Origin: Candidatus Pelagibacter sp. HTCC7211
Lineage (GTDB): Bacteria; Pseudomonadota; Alphaproteobacteria; Pelagibacterales; Pelagibacteraceae
Direction: 5' to 3'
NCBI RefSeq assembly: GCF_000155895.1
Contig: NZ_DS995298.1
Location: 1,050,001 to 1,082,000, forward strand
Length of the DNA stretch: 32,000 nucleotides
Below, piece after piece: positions 10,482-22,563 of the stretch (position 1 is its first letter; each line of letters starts with the position of its first letter). A program made the translations under genes and the position numbers. Below the pieces are notes generated by a model that worked only from the letters and a program-made list of their open reading frames with translations, was not told the DNA's origin and searched no databases.

Positions 10482-11963
10482 TTATTTGATTAGTAAATTT
10501 TTATTATACATATCAATTAAATCATTAACCGAGACTTCAATTGTATTAATTAAAGGATCAGGATAAAATCCAAAATACAAAGTAGGTATAGCTAAACATG
10601 TTAATATAAAATACTCAGATCTATCTAAGTCCATCATTGATTTTAAATCTGAATTAATTAATTTTCCAAATATAACTCTTTTATAAAGCCAAAGCATATA
10701 TGCAGCACCTAAAATTACTCCTATACTTGCTAAAACAGCTACAAGGAAATTATCTTTAAAAACAGCCATTAAAATTAAAAATTCACCAACAAATCCACTT
10801 GTTCCAGGTAATCCAAGAGCAGCAAGGGTAAAGATCATAAATAATATAGAATATTTAGGAATAATTGTAACAATACCACCATATGAACTGATTAATCTAG
10901 AATGCATTCTATCGTAAACAACACCAACACATAAGAATAATGCTGCAGAAACTAATCCATGACTAATCATTTGGATTATACTTCCTTCAATACCTTGTTG
11001 CTGAATTGTAAAAACACCTAAGGTTACAAAACCCATATGAGCTACAGAAGAATAAGCTATAAGTTTCTTCATATCCTCTTGCATTAAAGCAATTAATGAA
11101 GTGACGATGATGGCAATAACGCTTAAAGCATAAATTAAAGGTGTGAATACTTCTGATGCAATTGGAAAAAGACCTAATGAAAATCTTATAAATCCATACC
11201 CAGCCATTTTAAGCAATATAGCTGCAAGTAATACTGATCCTGCTGTAGGTGCTTCAACGTGAGCATCTGGCAACCAAGTATGGACAGGCCACATAGGTGT
11301 TTTAACAGCAAATGAACTAAAAAAAGCTAACCATAATAGGTTTTGATATTTTGCATCAATTCCCAATTCGTATAACTTAATGACATCTGTAGTACCTGAG
11401 ATCCAGTAAATTGAAATAATTGCAACTAACATTAAAACTGAACCTAACAAAGTATACAAAAAGAATTTAAATGCTGAATAAACCCTTTTAGGTCCACCCC
11501 AAATACCAATTATTAAAAACATAGGAATTAAACCTGCTTCAAAGAATAAGTAAAAGACTACCAAATCAAGAGCACAAAAAACTCCTATCATGAAACTTTC
11601 CAATATTAATATTGCAATAAGAAAATCTCTTAATCTTTTTTTAACTGAGTTGTTTACTGAAATAATACAAAGTGGTGTAATAAACGTAGTTAATATAATG
11701 AATAAGATTGAAATACCATCAACGCCTACTTTATAATTAATAAATCCTTCAATCCAAGTTCTATCCTCAATAAATTGAAAATTAGATGTAGATTGATCAA
11801 AAGAAACCCATAAATAAATAGAAATTAAAAAATTAACAGATGTAGTAAAAAGAGAGACATATTTTGCTGTTGAGTTGTTTCCTTCTTTATCTTTAGTAAA
11901 GAATAAAAATAAAGCACCAATAGTTGGTAATAAAATTAAAGAAGATAAAATTGGAAAATTCAT
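10482..11963 (-). CDS. nuoM: NADH-quinone oxidoreductase subunit M
   Basis: 493 aa antiporter-like subunit with HTWLPDAHVEAPTAGSVLLAAILLK, at the expected operon position. Confidence 0.95.
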   Translation of the reverse strand: MNFPILSSLILLPTIGALFLFFTKDKEGNNSTAKYVSLFTTSVNFLISIYLWVSFDQSTSNFQFIEDRTWIEGFINYKVGVDGISILFIILTTFITPLCIISVNNSVKKRLRDFLIAILILESFMIGVFCALDLVVFYLFFEAGLIPMFLIIGIWGGPKRVYSAFKFFLYTLLGSVLMLVAIISIYWISGTTDVIKLYELGIDAKYQNLLWLAFFSSFAVKTPMWPVHTWLPDAHVEAPTAGSVLLAAILLKMAGYGFIRFSLGLFPIASEVFTPLIYALSVIAIIVTSLIALMQEDMKKLIAYSSVAHMGFVTLGVFTIQQQGIEGSIIQMISHGLVSAALFLCVGVVYDRMHSRLISSYGGIVTIIPKYSILFMIFTLAALGLPGTSGFVGEFLILMAVFKDNFLVAVLASIGVILGAAYMLWLYKRVIFGKLINSDLKSMMDLDRSEYFILTCLAIPTLYFGFYPDPLINTIEVSVNDLIDMYNKNLLIK

Positions 11964-13876
11964 TATCTAACAATTAAAAAAGTTAATAAAGCTGAAAATC
12001 CTAATAGCATTACAAATGCATATTGATAGATAAAACCACTTTGAAATTTATTTGCTTTAATAGAACATTTTTTGATAAAGGATGAAATTCCATCAGGTCC
12101 AAACCCATCAATTAACTTTCCATCACAGAATTTCCATAGAAATAAACCTAATTTTTTTGAAGGTTTAATGATTGTGACCTCATAAAATTCATCAAAATAC
12201 CACTTATTTATTAAAAATTTATATAAAGGCCTGTTCAAATTTGTAATTTCTTCGGGTAATTTTTTATTTTTTACAAATAAATAATAAGCTATTGGTATCG
12301 AAATCAGTACTAAACAAGGTGTTAAAAGTAAAAACCAAGTAGGAGGATGTTCTTTACTAAGAGGTTCTAAAAATTTTATAGACTCTGCCCAGAAATAATT
12401 ATCACCACTATGTCCTATGAATAAGTCTTTAAATACAAAGCCAGCGAAAATTGCACCAATAGATAATATTAACAAAGGAATTAACATCACTAACGGTGAC
12501 TCATGTGTCTCTTCTATTTTGACTTCTTTATTGTTGTATTCTCCATGAAACGTTTTGAAAATTAATCGCCATGAATAGATTGAAGTTAAAAAAGCGGTAA
12601 AAATTCCAATACCAGCTGCATAATAACCTGTGGTATTTCCTTTAAGATAAGCAAATTCAATAATAGCATCTTTAGAATAAAATCCTGATAAAAATGGAAA
12701 CCCAGTAAGAGCCAGAGTTCCTATGATCATTAAAGCATAAGTGTAAGGTAATTTTTTCCAAACACCTCCCATATTATTTATATCTTGCTCATCTTTAAAT
12801 GCATGTATTACAGAACCAGATCCTAGAAATAATAAAGCCTTAAAAAAAGCATGAGTAAATAAATGAAACATTGCAACATTGTAAGCACCAACACCTGCTG
12901 CAAAAAACATATATCCAAGCTGACTACAAGTTGAGTAAGCGATAATTTTTTTTATATCTGTTTGAACTAATGCAACTGTTGCAGCAAAAAAAGCTGTTGT
13001 CATCCCTACAATTGTAATTAAGTTTAATATCAATGGAGAGTACTCATAAATAGGTGAACATCTTACAACTAAAAATACGCCTGCCGTTACCATTGTAGCC
13101 GCATGAATTAAAGCTGATACAGGAGTTGGACCTTCCATTGCATCTGGCAACCACGTATGAAGTAAAATCTGAGCAGATTTACCCATGGCTCCTATGAATA
13201 AAAATAAACAAATTAAATCTATAGCTTTGACTTCAAAACCTAAGAAAGATAAGTTTTGATCTACCACAGTTGGAATTTGTTGAAATACCTCTGAATAATT
13301 AACTGTTCCAAATAAATAAAAAATTAAAAATATCCCTAAGGCAAATCCAAAATCACCTACTCTATTTACTACAAATGCTTTAATTGCAGCTGCATTTGCA
13401 CTTTCTTTTTTAAACCAAAATCCAATTAAGAAATATGAACATAAACCAACACCTTCCCAACCAAAAAATAATTGTATAAAATTATCTGAAGTTACCAACA
13501 TCAACATTGCGAAAGTAAACAATGATAAATAAGCCATAAATCTTGGTTTGTGAGGATCGTGAGACATATATCCAATAGAATAAATATGAACTAAAGATGA
13601 AACTGACGTCACTACAACTAACATAACCGCTGATAGTGGATCAATCAGCATTGACCAATTTACATCAAGTGAACCTGAATTAATCCAAGTAGCAATTACA
13701 ATATTTTCCTCATATTGATTAACAATTACTTGATATAAAACAAAAATAGATAACAGTGCTGATATCGATACGAGTAAACTAGTAACAATTTCTGAATTTC
13801 TGTCACCAATCATTTTTCCAAAAAAACCAGATATTATTGACGCTATCAAAGGAAGAAACAAAATTGAAATTTCCAT
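11963..13876 (-). CDS. nuoL: NADH-quinone oxidoreductase subunit L
   Basis: 637 aa with HTWLPDAMEGPTPVSALIHAATMV and a long C-terminal extension with terminal TM helices, typical of NuoL. Confidence 0.95.
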   Translation of the reverse strand: MEISILFLPLIASIISGFFGKMIGDRNSEIVTSLLVSISALLSIFVLYQVIVNQYEENIVIATWINSGSLDVNWSMLIDPLSAVMLVVVTSVSSLVHIYSIGYMSHDPHKPRFMAYLSLFTFAMLMLVTSDNFIQLFFGWEGVGLCSYFLIGFWFKKESANAAAIKAFVVNRVGDFGFALGIFLIFYLFGTVNYSEVFQQIPTVVDQNLSFLGFEVKAIDLICLFLFIGAMGKSAQILLHTWLPDAMEGPTPVSALIHAATMVTAGVFLVVRCSPIYEYSPLILNLITIVGMTTAFFAATVALVQTDIKKIIAYSTCSQLGYMFFAAGVGAYNVAMFHLFTHAFFKALLFLGSGSVIHAFKDEQDINNMGGVWKKLPYTYALMIIGTLALTGFPFLSGFYSKDAIIEFAYLKGNTTGYYAAGIGIFTAFLTSIYSWRLIFKTFHGEYNNKEVKIEETHESPLVMLIPLLILSIGAIFAGFVFKDLFIGHSGDNYFWAESIKFLEPLSKEHPPTWFLLLTPCLVLISIPIAYYLFVKNKKLPEEITNLNRPLYKFLINKWYFDEFYEVTIIKPSKKLGLFLWKFCDGKLIDGFGPDGISSFIKKCSIKANKFQSGFIYQYAFVMLLGFSALLTFLIVR

Positions 13877-13877
13877 A

Positions 13878-14189
13878 TTATCCTTTCAATTTATCTATTT
13901 CTTCCACACGTATAGTCCCGGAGTTTCGATAGTAAACTACTATAATAGCTAGACCAATAGCAGCCTCAGCTGCAGCCACTGTTAGAATAAATAATGTAAA
14001 AACTTGTCCTGCAAGGTCGCCCAGGAAAATAGAAAACGCAACTAAATTTATATTAACTGCAAGTAATATTAATTCAATGCTCATTAATATTACAATAATA
14101 TTTTTTCTATTAAGAAAAATTCCAATTATTCCAATTGAGAAAATAATTGCACCTAAAGTTAAATAATGTCCTAAACCAATTTCAGTCAT
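13878..14189 (-). CDS. nuoK: NADH-quinone oxidoreductase subunit K
   Basis: Three-TM protein starting [17 protein letters not shown]...[18 protein letters not shown] place the start at ATG 14189..14187. The ORF-track start at 14192 is a TTG one codon upstream. This gives an 8-nt overlap (ATGACTGA) with nuoJ. Confidence 0.93.
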   Translation of the reverse strand: MTEIGLGHYLTLGAIIFSIGIIGIFLNRKNIIVILMSIELILLAVNINLVAFSIFLGDLAGQVFTLFILTVAAAEAAIGLAIIVVYYRNSGTIRVEEIDKLKG

Positions 14190-14814
14190 CAATTTTAACT
14201 CCTTTATTCGATTCTACTTCAATAATCTTAACTCCCTCAGATCTTTCTCTTGATATTTGTTTTAAATAACTTTGAGTTTTAACGCCCTCTCTTTTTCTAA
14301 AAGTTAATACTATAGCCCCTACCATCGCTACCAATAAAATCATTCCACTAATTTGAAAAATATGAATGTAGTCAGTGTATAAAATTTGACCAATTGAGTG
14401 GGTATTACTTAAGCTATAATTTGTCATTGAATTATTTAAATCAAATAAATCAGGTTTGTATTTCCAGCCTCCAATAACAATTATTAATTCAAAAAATATA
14501 AGAGTGCTTATAATTAATCCTACAGGTATATGACCTGAACTTTCTTCTGAGGCAAACCATTGATTTTTTTGTTGAGCGACATTTAACATCATTACAACAA
14601 ATAAAAATAAAACTGCTACTGCACCAACATAGACAATTAACATTATCATTCCTAAAAACTCAGCACCAATCATAATGAATAAACATGAAATACTAATAAA
14701 ATCTAAGATTAGAAAAAAAACAGAATGAACTGTATTTTTAGATGCAGTAACCATAATTGCGGAAACAATTGCAATTAAAGAAAATAAATAAAAGAATATG
14801 GCATGAGCGATCAT
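14182..14814 (-). CDS. nuoJ: NADH-quinone oxidoreductase subunit J
   Basis: 210 aa, a five-TM NuoJ-like protein at the expected operon position between nuoI and nuoK. Confidence 0.93.
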   Translation of the reverse strand: MIAHAIFFYLFSLIAIVSAIMVTASKNTVHSVFFLILDFISISCLFIMIGAEFLGMIMLIVYVGAVAVLFLFVVMMLNVAQQKNQWFASEESSGHIPVGLIISTLIFFELIIVIGGWKYKPDLFDLNNSMTNYSLSNTHSIGQILYTDYIHIFQISGMILLVAMVGAIVLTFRKREGVKTQSYLKQISRERSEGVKIIEVESNKGVKIDD

Positions 14815-14818
14815 TAAT

Positions 14819-15304
14819 CTATCTGTATGGATTATCAGCTTTAATATTAGCTGCTAAAACATTCTCCCATCTATCACCATTATCTAATAGTTTTTCTTTT
14901 GTGTAATATAACTCTTCTCTTGTTTCTGTAGAAAATTCAAAATTTGGGCCTTGAACGATAGCATCAACAGGGCATGACTCTTCACATAATCCACAATAAA
15001 TACATTTCATCATATCGATATCATATCTAGTAGTTTTTCGACTTCCATCTTCTCTAGCTGCTGACTCGATGGTAATTGCTTGAGCTGGACAAACTGCTTC
15101 ACATAATTTGCATGCTATACATCTCTCTTCTCCATTTGGATATCTTCTAAGTGCGTGTTCGCCTCTAAACCGCGGGCTAATTTTACCTTTTTCAAAAGGA
15201 TAATTGATAGTTTTTTTTGATTTAAATAATTCCTTAATTGCAATAACTAAGCCTCCAATAAAGTCGGTCATAAATATTGTTTTAAAAAATCTTGATAATT
15301 TCAT
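14819..15304 (-). CDS. nuoI: NADH-quinone oxidoreductase subunit I (2x[4Fe-4S] ferredoxin-type)
   Basis: 161 aa with two CxxCxxCxxxCP motifs: [12 protein letters not shown] and [12 protein letters not shown]. Confidence 0.96.
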   Translation of the reverse strand: MKLSRFFKTIFMTDFIGGLVIAIKELFKSKKTINYPFEKGKISPRFRGEHALRRYPNGEERCIACKLCEAVCPAQAITIESAAREDGSRKTTRYDIDMMKCIYCGLCEESCPVDAIVQGPNFEFSTETREELYYTKEKLLDNGDRWENVLAANIKADNPYR

Positions 15305-15306
15305 AA

Positions 15307-16305
15307 TTAATTTGTCGGTAAAAGATTGAAATAAAATAAGTAGCTAGCTGTTAGTACCACCCATATTAGAGAAAGAGGCAAGAAAACTTTCCAACCAAGA
15401 CGCATTAATTGATCGTATCTATATCTAGGAACAATGGCTTTAACTAAAGCAAATAAAATAAATAATAATAATATTTTAAGAATTAACCAAATTGCCCCTG
15501 GTACTAGTGTAAAGGGATAAATTTCAACAGGGGACATCCAGCCACCCAAAAATAAAATTGCACCCATTGCACACATTAATAAAATATTTGCATATTCACC
15601 CAACCAAAACATAGCGTACATCATTCCTGAATATTCAGTTTGATATCCTGCAACTAATTCTGCTTCAGCTTCAGGTAAATCAAATGGAGGTCTATTAGTT
15701 TCGGCTAAAGCTGAAATAAAAAAAATAACAAACATTGGAAATAGTGGAATTACAAACCATAAATTTTTTTGAGCTTCTACAATGTCGTTTAAATTTAATG
15801 ATCCAACACAAAGTAAGACATTGATAATAATAACTCCTATTGATACTTCGTAAGATACCATTTGTGCTGCAGATCTAATTGCTCCAAGAAAAGGATATTT
15901 TGAGTTGGAGGCCCATCCACCCATAATAATACCATAAACTCCCAAAGATGAAACTGCAAACAAATAAAGAATTCCAACATTAATATCTGCTAAAACTTGT
16001 GTTGCGCTAAAAGGTATTACGGCCCATGATATTAAAGCTAATGTCATTGTTACAATTGGAGCTAAAATAAAAATCATTTTATTTGAACTAGACGGGATGA
16101 TTATTTCTTTAAAAATATATTTTAAAGCATCAGCAAGAGATTGTAGTAATCCAAATGGACCAACTACATTAGGGCCTTGTCTTTTTTGAACAAAAGCCCA
16201 AACTCTTCTATCAAGCCAAACAATCATTGCAACAGAGACAAGGACTGGAACTAACAAAAATAAAATCTTATAAACTTCCTGAAAAAAAATATTAAAGTAT
16301 TCCAT
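15307..16305 (-). CDS. nuoH: NADH-quinone oxidoreductase subunit H
   Basis: Polytopic protein with the NuoH signature [23 protein letters not shown] place the start at ATG 16305..16303 ([13 protein letters not shown]...), 1 nt after the nuoG stop. The ORF-track start at 16359 would overlap nuoG by 53 nt. Confidence 0.93.
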   Translation of the reverse strand: MEYFNIFFQEVYKILFLLVPVLVSVAMIVWLDRRVWAFVQKRQGPNVVGPFGLLQSLADALKYIFKEIIIPSSSNKMIFILAPIVTMTLALISWAVIPFSATQVLADINVGILYLFAVSSLGVYGIIMGGWASNSKYPFLGAIRSAAQMVSYEVSIGVIIINVLLCVGSLNLNDIVEAQKNLWFVIPLFPMFVIFFISALAETNRPPFDLPEAEAELVAGYQTEYSGMMYAMFWLGEYANILLMCAMGAILFLGGWMSPVEIYPFTLVPGAIWLILKILLLFILFALVKAIVPRYRYDQLMRLGWKVFLPLSLIWVVLTASYLFYFNLLPTN

Positions 16306-16306
16306 A

Positions 16307-18346
16307 TTATCCTTCTGTACCTGTAGATTTGAGGTTATGTTTTGAATTATTACATTCAATCATTGTTTTTGAAGATCTGGCTATAACATTAGAAAAATAA
16401 TAATCCTTAATTTTAATTTTTAACATTTCGTTATTAAATTCATTTGCTTTGTCATTTTCTTCATTATTTTTTGTATCTGAGTGCTTTTCTTTTTGTAAAT
16501 TCAGGTAGTTAAACATGCTGCTTTCTAATTCATCCTTATCGTTAAATAGTTTTCTATTGTTCATAAACTCAGCAATTTCATTGATAATTAACCAATCTTC
16601 TTTGGATTCACCTGGGGGATATGAAGCTTTATAAGCTTTTTGTAATTTGCCCTCTAAATTTGTGAAGTAACCATCTTGTTCTGTGTAAGCAGAGCCTGGT
16701 AAAATAATATCTGCTAATTCTGCTCCCTTATCACCATGACTTCCTTGATAAATTACAAATTCATCTTTTTTTTCAAAGTTCAAATTATCTTGTCCAACTA
16801 AGTAAACAATTTCAAATTTATGATCTTTCAAATCTTTTAATAAATTTTTATCTTTATTAATTAATTTAAGATCATAATTACCTACTGTTGCAGCATCACA
16901 AGACAATGTATTTAAAGAGTTCCACTCATTATTTATCTTATTATTTTCTATTAGAAATTTTTTAATTTTTTTGAAAAAATATTTTGAAGAATTTAAGTTT
17001 AAAAAAGATTCACCTAAAATTATTATTGGTTTGCTTGCATTTGAAATAAAATTTGAAATTTCATGATTTCCATCAAAAATATCTTTCAAAGTTTGAGTTT
17101 GGCCATCTAAACTTTCATAAGGATAAGTTAAATCACCTAATTCATTTAAAGAAATTATTTTAGTATTATTATTTAAGTATGATTTTCTAATTCTTGCATT
17201 TAAGATTGTTGCTTCGTATCTAGGATTTGTACCAATTAAAAAAATTAAGTCTGAATCTTCAATGCCATTTATTGATGAATTAAATAAATAATTTTCTCTT
17301 TCACTTAAATCTAAATATCGATTATCAGTTCTAGACTCGTAATTATTATTATCTAATGTTCTGTCAAAAAATTCCTTAAAAATATAACTAGTCTCCATGT
17401 TTGTTAAATCTCCAACAAATCCACAAATTTTTTCTTTTGATATATTTTCAAACTTTGATTTAATGATTTTATAAACTTCATTCCATGAAGCTTTTTCAAA
17501 TTTTCCATTATATTTAATGAAAGGTGTGTCTAATCTTTGATGAAGTAAACCATCACAAGCATATCTTGTTTTATCTGAAATCCATTCCTCATTAATATCT
17601 TCATTAATTATTGGTAAAATTCTTTTTACTTCCCAGTCATATGTATCAACTCTAATATTAGATCCGATTGCATCCATTACATCAATGGACTCCGTTTTTT
17701 TAAGCTCCCAAGGTCTTGCTTCAAACACATATGGTTTTGATGTTAAAGCTCCTACTGGACATAAATCTACTACATTGGCAGATAGCTCAGATTGCATGGA
17801 TTGCTCTAAATAAGTTGTAATTTGCATATCCTCACCTCTTCCAATCGCTCCAATTTCAGGTACACCAGCTACCTCCGTTGCAAATCTTACACATCGTGTA
17901 CAATGAATACATCTTGTCATTTGTGTTTTAATCAATGGTCCCATATTCTTTTCTGGAACTGATCGTTTGTTTTCTTTAAATCTTGATTTATCTACACCAT
18001 AAAACATTGACTGGTCTTGAAGATCGCACTCTCCACCTTGATCACAAACTGGACAATCTAAAGGGTGATTAGCCAATAAAAACTCCATAACCCCTTTTCT
18101 TGCTTTTTCTACAAAAGCTGTATTCGTTTTAATATTCATTCCATCTGCTGCCGGCATAGCACATGAAGCTACTGGCTTAGGAGACTTTTCCATTTCAACC
18201 AAACACATTCTACAATTTCCAGCAATAGATAATTTTTCATGATAGCAAAATCTCGGAATTTCAACTCCAGCTTTTTCACAAGCCTGAAGGACAGTAAGAC
18301 CCTCTTCTACTTCTACATCAATATTATTTACTTTAAGTTTAAGCAT
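16307..18346 (-). CDS. nuoG: NADH-quinone oxidoreductase subunit G (75-kDa Fe-S subunit)
   Basis: 679 aa. N-terminal 2Fe-2S region [18 protein letters not shown], then [18 protein letters not shown] and [10 protein letters not shown]...DLCPVGA, followed by a molybdopterin-oxidoreductase-like fold. Confidence 0.96.
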   Translation of the reverse strand: MLKLKVNNIDVEVEEGLTVLQACEKAGVEIPRFCYHEKLSIAGNCRMCLVEMEKSPKPVASCAMPAADGMNIKTNTAFVEKARKGVMEFLLANHPLDCPVCDQGGECDLQDQSMFYGVDKSRFKENKRSVPEKNMGPLIKTQMTRCIHCTRCVRFATEVAGVPEIGAIGRGEDMQITTYLEQSMQSELSANVVDLCPVGALTSKPYVFEARPWELKKTESIDVMDAIGSNIRVDTYDWEVKRILPIINEDINEEWISDKTRYACDGLLHQRLDTPFIKYNGKFEKASWNEVYKIIKSKFENISKEKICGFVGDLTNMETSYIFKEFFDRTLDNNNYESRTDNRYLDLSERENYLFNSSINGIEDSDLIFLIGTNPRYEATILNARIRKSYLNNNTKIISLNELGDLTYPYESLDGQTQTLKDIFDGNHEISNFISNASKPIIILGESFLNLNSSKYFFKKIKKFLIENNKINNEWNSLNTLSCDAATVGNYDLKLINKDKNLLKDLKDHKFEIVYLVGQDNLNFEKKDEFVIYQGSHGDKGAELADIILPGSAYTEQDGYFTNLEGKLQKAYKASYPPGESKEDWLIINEIAEFMNNRKLFNDKDELESSMFNYLNLQKEKHSDTKNNEENDKANEFNNEMLKIKIKDYYFSNVIARSSKTMIECNNSKHNLKSTGTEG

Positions 18347-19670
18347 TTTTTTTATCCAATAAATGTTGATCTACTAAGTATGGAATTGTATTTTTTTTCT
18401 CCACAATAAGATCTAAATTATTTCTTTCCTCTATTTCCTTTTTAAAATGTCTAAGAAGACCTTGAACTGGCCATGATGATCCTTCGCCAAATGCACAAAT
18501 TGTGTGTCCAGCAATTTGATTTGTTACATCTCCTAACATTTCAATTTCATCTTTTGTAGCTTCACCTTTTGCCATACGCTCAAGCATACGCCACATCCAT
18601 CCAGATCCTTCTCTACAAGGTGTGCACTGGCCACAACTTTCATGTTTATAAAATCTTGCAATTCGTGCCATACATTTAATTATGTCCTGGTCTTTATTAA
18701 TTACAACTATACCTGCCGTACCTAACCCGCTTTTTTCAGCCATTAATGAATCAAAATCCATCGTTAATGTTTCACATTTTTTTTTAGGAATTAACGGCAT
18801 TGAAGATCCACCAGGAATTACAGCTTGTAAATTATCCCATCCACCAATAACACCACCTGCATGAACTTCTATTAATTCTTTTAAAGGAATGTTCATTTCT
18901 TCTTCAACGTTACAAGGATTATTTACATTTCCTGATATGCAAAAAATTTTAGTACCTGTGTTTCTTTCTCTACCAAGTGAAGAAAACCATTTACCACCTC
19001 TTCTAAGAATAGTTGGAACTACAGCTATTGTTTCAACATTATTAATTATTGTTGGACATCCATACAAACCTATTAATGCTGGAAAAGGAGGTTTTAATCT
19101 AGGTTGACCTTTTTTTCCTTCTATACTTTCAAGTAATGCTGTTTCTTCACCACAAATATATGCACCTGCACCATAGTGAATATAAATATCTAAATCCCAT
19201 CCAGTTCCTGCTGCATTTTTTCCAATCAATTTTTTTTTATAGGCTTCATCTATTGCAGCTTGAAGTTTTTGACCATCAATAAAATATTCACCTCTTATAT
19301 AAATGTAACAAACATGGGCTTGAACCGCGTAAGATGCTATTAAACATCCTTCAATCAATTTGTGAGGTTCAAATCTTAAGATATCTCTATCTTTACAAGT
19401 ACCAGGTTCTGACTCATCACCATTGATTACTAAATAATGTGGTCTTGATCCAACTTCTTTAGGTGCAAATGACCATTTTAACCCTGTTGGGAAACCTGCT
19501 CCACCTCTTCCTCTTAATTCAGAGGATTTAATTTCATTAATTATCCAGTCTCTACCTTTGTCTGTTAATTCTTTTGTATTGACCCAATCACCTCTTTTCT
19601 GCGATGAGTTTAAATCAGAACCTAAATCATTGTATAAATTCTGAAAAATTCTATCTTTATCTTTAAGCAT
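18339..19670 (-). CDS. nuoF: NADH-quinone oxidoreductase subunit F (51-kDa FMN/NADH-binding)
   Basis: 443 aa with [13 protein letters not shown] (FMN/NADH site) and [12 protein letters not shown] (N3 cluster). Confidence 0.96.
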   Translation of the reverse strand: MLKDKDRIFQNLYNDLGSDLNSSQKRGDWVNTKELTDKGRDWIINEIKSSELRGRGGAGFPTGLKWSFAPKEVGSRPHYLVINGDESEPGTCKDRDILRFEPHKLIEGCLIASYAVQAHVCYIYIRGEYFIDGQKLQAAIDEAYKKKLIGKNAAGTGWDLDIYIHYGAGAYICGEETALLESIEGKKGQPRLKPPFPALIGLYGCPTIINNVETIAVVPTILRRGGKWFSSLGRERNTGTKIFCISGNVNNPCNVEEEMNIPLKELIEVHAGGVIGGWDNLQAVIPGGSSMPLIPKKKCETLTMDFDSLMAEKSGLGTAGIVVINKDQDIIKCMARIARFYKHESCGQCTPCREGSGWMWRMLERMAKGEATKDEIEMLGDVTNQIAGHTICAFGEGSSWPVQGLLRHFKKEIEERNNLDLIVEKKNTIPYLVDQHLLDKKNA

Positions 19671-20271
19671 TTTTTAAATCCATTAATGTTTTTCTATTAT
19701 TTTCAGGCTCATTATTAACTCTTCCTCTATAAGAACCTGGTTTAGGTGTTTCACCTTTTAAAATCTTATCTAATATTTTTAATGTTTTTTCTTTATCCAA
19801 ATCTTCATAATAATCGTCATTGATTTGCATCATTGGAGCGTTTACACAAGCTCCTAGACACTCTACTTCCATCCAAGAGCAGCTTTTATCATTTGACAAC
19901 TCACACTCATTCTCAGAAATTTTTTCTTTGCAGGCTTCAACAAGTTTGTTAGCTCCTCTAATCATGCATGGGGTAGTTGTACAAACTTGAACAAAAAAAT
20001 TTCCTACAGGAGATAAATTATACATAGTATAAAAAGTTGCTACCTCATAAACTTTTATATACGGCATCTCCAAAAATTTAGCGATATACTTCATGGCAGC
20101 TAAAGGTATCCAGTTATTGTTTTGTCTTTGCGCTATGTAAAGTAGAGCCATTACTGCGCTTTGTTGCTTACCTTTTGGATATTTTGAAACAATATTTTTG
20201 ACAGCCTCTAAAGATGAAGAATTAAATTCAAAATTCTCTGGTTGATCTTTTGCTGGTCTTTTTAAACTCAT
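19663..20271 (-). CDS. nuoE: NADH-quinone oxidoreductase subunit E (24-kDa 2Fe-2S)
   Basis: 202 aa with cysteines in [11 protein letters not shown] and [15 protein letters not shown], matching the thioredoxin-like 2Fe-2S pattern. Confidence 0.95.
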   Translation of the reverse strand: MSLKRPAKDQPENFEFNSSSLEAVKNIVSKYPKGKQQSAVMALLYIAQRQNNNWIPLAAMKYIAKFLEMPYIKVYEVATFYTMYNLSPVGNFFVQVCTTTPCMIRGANKLVEACKEKISENECELSNDKSCSWMEVECLGACVNAPMMQINDDYYEDLDKEKTLKILDKILKGETPKPGSYRGRVNNEPENNRKTLMDLKNA

Positions 20272-21443
20272 CTGTCAACCTCACCAAAAACTATATCTAA
20301 TGAACCCAATACTGCTGGTACATCAGCCAACATATGTCCTTTAATTAGATAATCCATTGATTGTAAGTGTGAAAATCCAGGTGCTCTTATTTTACATTTG
20401 TAAGGTTTGCTTGATCCATCAGATATTAAGTAAACACCAAATTCTCCTTTTGGTGCCTCAACTGCAGTATAAATCTCGTCTTTAGGTACTCTGTATCCTT
20501 CTGTAAAAAGTTTAAAATGATGAATTAAAGCTTCCATAGATTGTTTAATATCTTTTTTAGCAGGTGGACTAATTTTTCCATCTAACGATTTAATTGGACC
20601 TTTTTCCATTTTAGATAAACATTGTTTTATAATAGAAACACTTTCCTTCATTTCTTCAATTCTGCACAAATATCTGTCGTAACAATCTCCATTTTTTCCA
20701 ACTGGAATTTTAAAATCTAACTGATCATAGCAATCGTAGGGTTGTGATTTTCTTAGATCCCATGGTACACCTGAACCCCTTATCATCACTCCTGAAAATG
20801 AATAATCTAAAGCATCTTCCTTAGTTACTATGCCTATATCAACATTTCTTTGTTTGAAAATTCTATTATCAGTTAACAAACTCTCAAGATCATCTATTAT
20901 TTTTGGAAATGTTTGGCAAAATTTGCCAATATCATTTTCTAATCCGTGTGGTAAATCTTGATGAACACCACCTGCTCTAAAATAATTTGCATGCAATCTT
21001 GAGCCTGAAGCTCTTTCATAAAAAGTCATCAATGTTTCTCTCTCTTCAAAACCCCACAGTGATGGAGTTAATGCACCAACATCAAGTGCTTGTGTAGTAA
21101 CATTTAAAATATGGCTTAAAATTCTTCCTATTTCACAAAAAATAACTCTTATATATTGAGCTCTAATCGGAACATCAATTTCCAATATTTTTTCCACAGC
21201 TAGTGCAAAAGCATGCTCTTGATTCATTGGAGCAACATAATCAAGTCGATCAAAATAAGGTACTGCTTGCATATAAGTTTTATTTTCGATCAATTTTTCT
21301 GTTCCTCTATGTAGTAATCCAATGTGTGGATCAGCTTTTTCAACTACTTCCCCATCTAATTCTAAGATTAATCTAAGAACACCATGTGCAGCTGGGTGTT
21401 GCGGTCCAAAGTTAAGATTTAAATTTTTAATTTTTTTTGTCAT
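20268..21443 (-). CDS. nuoD: NADH-quinone oxidoreductase subunit D (49-kDa)
   Basis: 391 aa with N-terminal [16 protein letters not shown] and C-terminal DIVFGEVDR, both typical NuoD signatures. Confidence 0.96.
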   Translation of the reverse strand: MTKKIKNLNLNFGPQHPAAHGVLRLILELDGEVVEKADPHIGLLHRGTEKLIENKTYMQAVPYFDRLDYVAPMNQEHAFALAVEKILEIDVPIRAQYIRVIFCEIGRILSHILNVTTQALDVGALTPSLWGFEERETLMTFYERASGSRLHANYFRAGGVHQDLPHGLENDIGKFCQTFPKIIDDLESLLTDNRIFKQRNVDIGIVTKEDALDYSFSGVMIRGSGVPWDLRKSQPYDCYDQLDFKIPVGKNGDCYDRYLCRIEEMKESVSIIKQCLSKMEKGPIKSLDGKISPPAKKDIKQSMEALIHHFKLFTEGYRVPKDEIYTAVEAPKGEFGVYLISDGSSKPYKCKIRAPGFSHLQSMDYLIKGHMLADVPAVLGSLDIVFGEVDR

Positions 21444-22032
21444 TACTATCTAATTCTTCTTTAATATATTTCGTACCTTCCCAAGGACTCTCGTAGTCAA
21501 AATTTCTATAATTCTGTTCTAATTTAACTGGTTCATTAATTACTTTTTTTTGATCTTCACTGTATCTGACTTCAGTGTGCCCGGTTAATGGGAAATCTTT
21601 TCTTAAGGGATGACCTTCAAAACCATAATCCGTCAATATTCTTCTAAGGTCAGGGTGATCTTTAAATGAAACACCGTACATATCAAAAACTTCTCTTTCC
21701 ATCCAATTTGATGCAGGAAAAATGCTTGTTAATGATGGAATTATTTCATTTTCATTAATTGAATAACTTAAAATAATTCTTTGATTGTATTCATGACTTA
21801 AAAAAAGATATACCATTTTAAATCTTTGTGTATTCTCAGGATAATCAACAACTGTTATATCAATAAGTTGTCTAAATTTAGTGTCTTGATTAGTTTTAAT
21901 AAAAAGAGTTACATCAATTAAATCATCCTTATCCGTTTCTATATATAATTGATTGTGTTTAATTTCAGTACTATTAATCTTAGTTGTTAACTCTGAATTT
22001 ATTTTTTTTTCTAAATCTTCTAAGTTAATCAT
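21427..22032 (-). CDS. nuoC: NADH-quinone oxidoreductase subunit C (30-kDa)
   Basis: 201 aa with [41 protein letters not shown]. It overlaps nuoD by 17 nt. Confidence 0.95.
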   Translation of the reverse strand: MINLEDLEKKINSELTTKINSTEIKHNQLYIETDKDDLIDVTLFIKTNQDTKFRQLIDITVVDYPENTQRFKMVYLFLSHEYNQRIILSYSINENEIIPSLTSIFPASNWMEREVFDMYGVSFKDHPDLRRILTDYGFEGHPLRKDFPLTGHTEVRYSEDQKKVINEPVKLEQNYRNFDYESPWEGTKYIKEELDSNDKKN

Positions 22033-22034
22033 GT

Positions 22035-22550
22035 TTACCTAATGAAAGAGCCTTTATTTCTAATTTTTTTTTGAAGTTGAAGTATTCCATATAATAAAGC
22101 CTCAGCGGATGGTGGGCATCCAGGAACATAAACATCAACAGGTACAATTCTATCACAGCCTCTAACCACTGAGTATGAGTAGTGATAATAACCTCCTCCA
22201 TTTGCACAACTTCCCATTGAAATTACATATCTTGGTTCAGGCATTTGATCATAAACTTTTCTTAATGCCGGTGCCATTTTATTAGTAAGTGTTCCAGCTA
22301 CAATCATAACATCTGATTGTCTTGGTGAACCACGTGGTGCAGCACCAAATCTTTCTAAATCATATCTTGGCATTGCTGTTTGCATCATCTCTACTGCACA
22401 ACAAGCAAGTCCAAATGTCATCCAATGAAGTGAACCTGATCTTGACCAATTAATTAAGTTATCAAGTGATGTGGTTATAAAACCATTCTTACTAAAATCT
22501 TCTGCAAGTTGTTTAAATTCCTCAGGAACTTGATCAATCTTATTATTCAT
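22035..22550 (-). CDS. nuoB: NADH-quinone oxidoreductase subunit B (20-kDa, N2 cluster)
   Basis: 171 aa with [19 protein letters not shown] and VPGCPP, the N2 ligand motifs. Confidence 0.96.
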   Translation of the reverse strand: MNNKIDQVPEEFKQLAEDFSKNGFITTSLDNLINWSRSGSLHWMTFGLACCAVEMMQTAMPRYDLERFGAAPRGSPRQSDVMIVAGTLTNKMAPALRKVYDQMPEPRYVISMGSCANGGGYYHYSYSVVRGCDRIVPVDVYVPGCPPSAEALLYGILQLQKKIRNKGSFIR

Positions 22551-22563
22551 TATGGTTAATAAT

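Noticed and set aside
14190-14192. A TTG start for nuoK as given by the ORF track (MMTEIGL...).
   Set aside because: The adjacent ATG (14189) gives the conserved [11 protein letters not shown]-terminus and the recurrent 8-nt ATGNNTGA overlap. The TTG is likely just the last in-frame sense codon upstream.
16306-16359. The ORF-track N-terminal extension of nuoH ([18 protein letters not shown]...), which overlaps nuoG by 53 nt.
   Set aside because: The internal ATG at 16305 begins 1 nt after the nuoG stop and gives a normal NuoH N-terminus. The extension is just the alternative frame of the nuoG 3' end.
22025-22207. A 60-aa same-strand ORF inside nuoB in an alternative frame; a similar 62-aa ORF lies at 29178-29366 inside the CoA-transferase gene.
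   Set aside because: Both are entirely contained in well-supported genes, in a different frame, with no independent signals.
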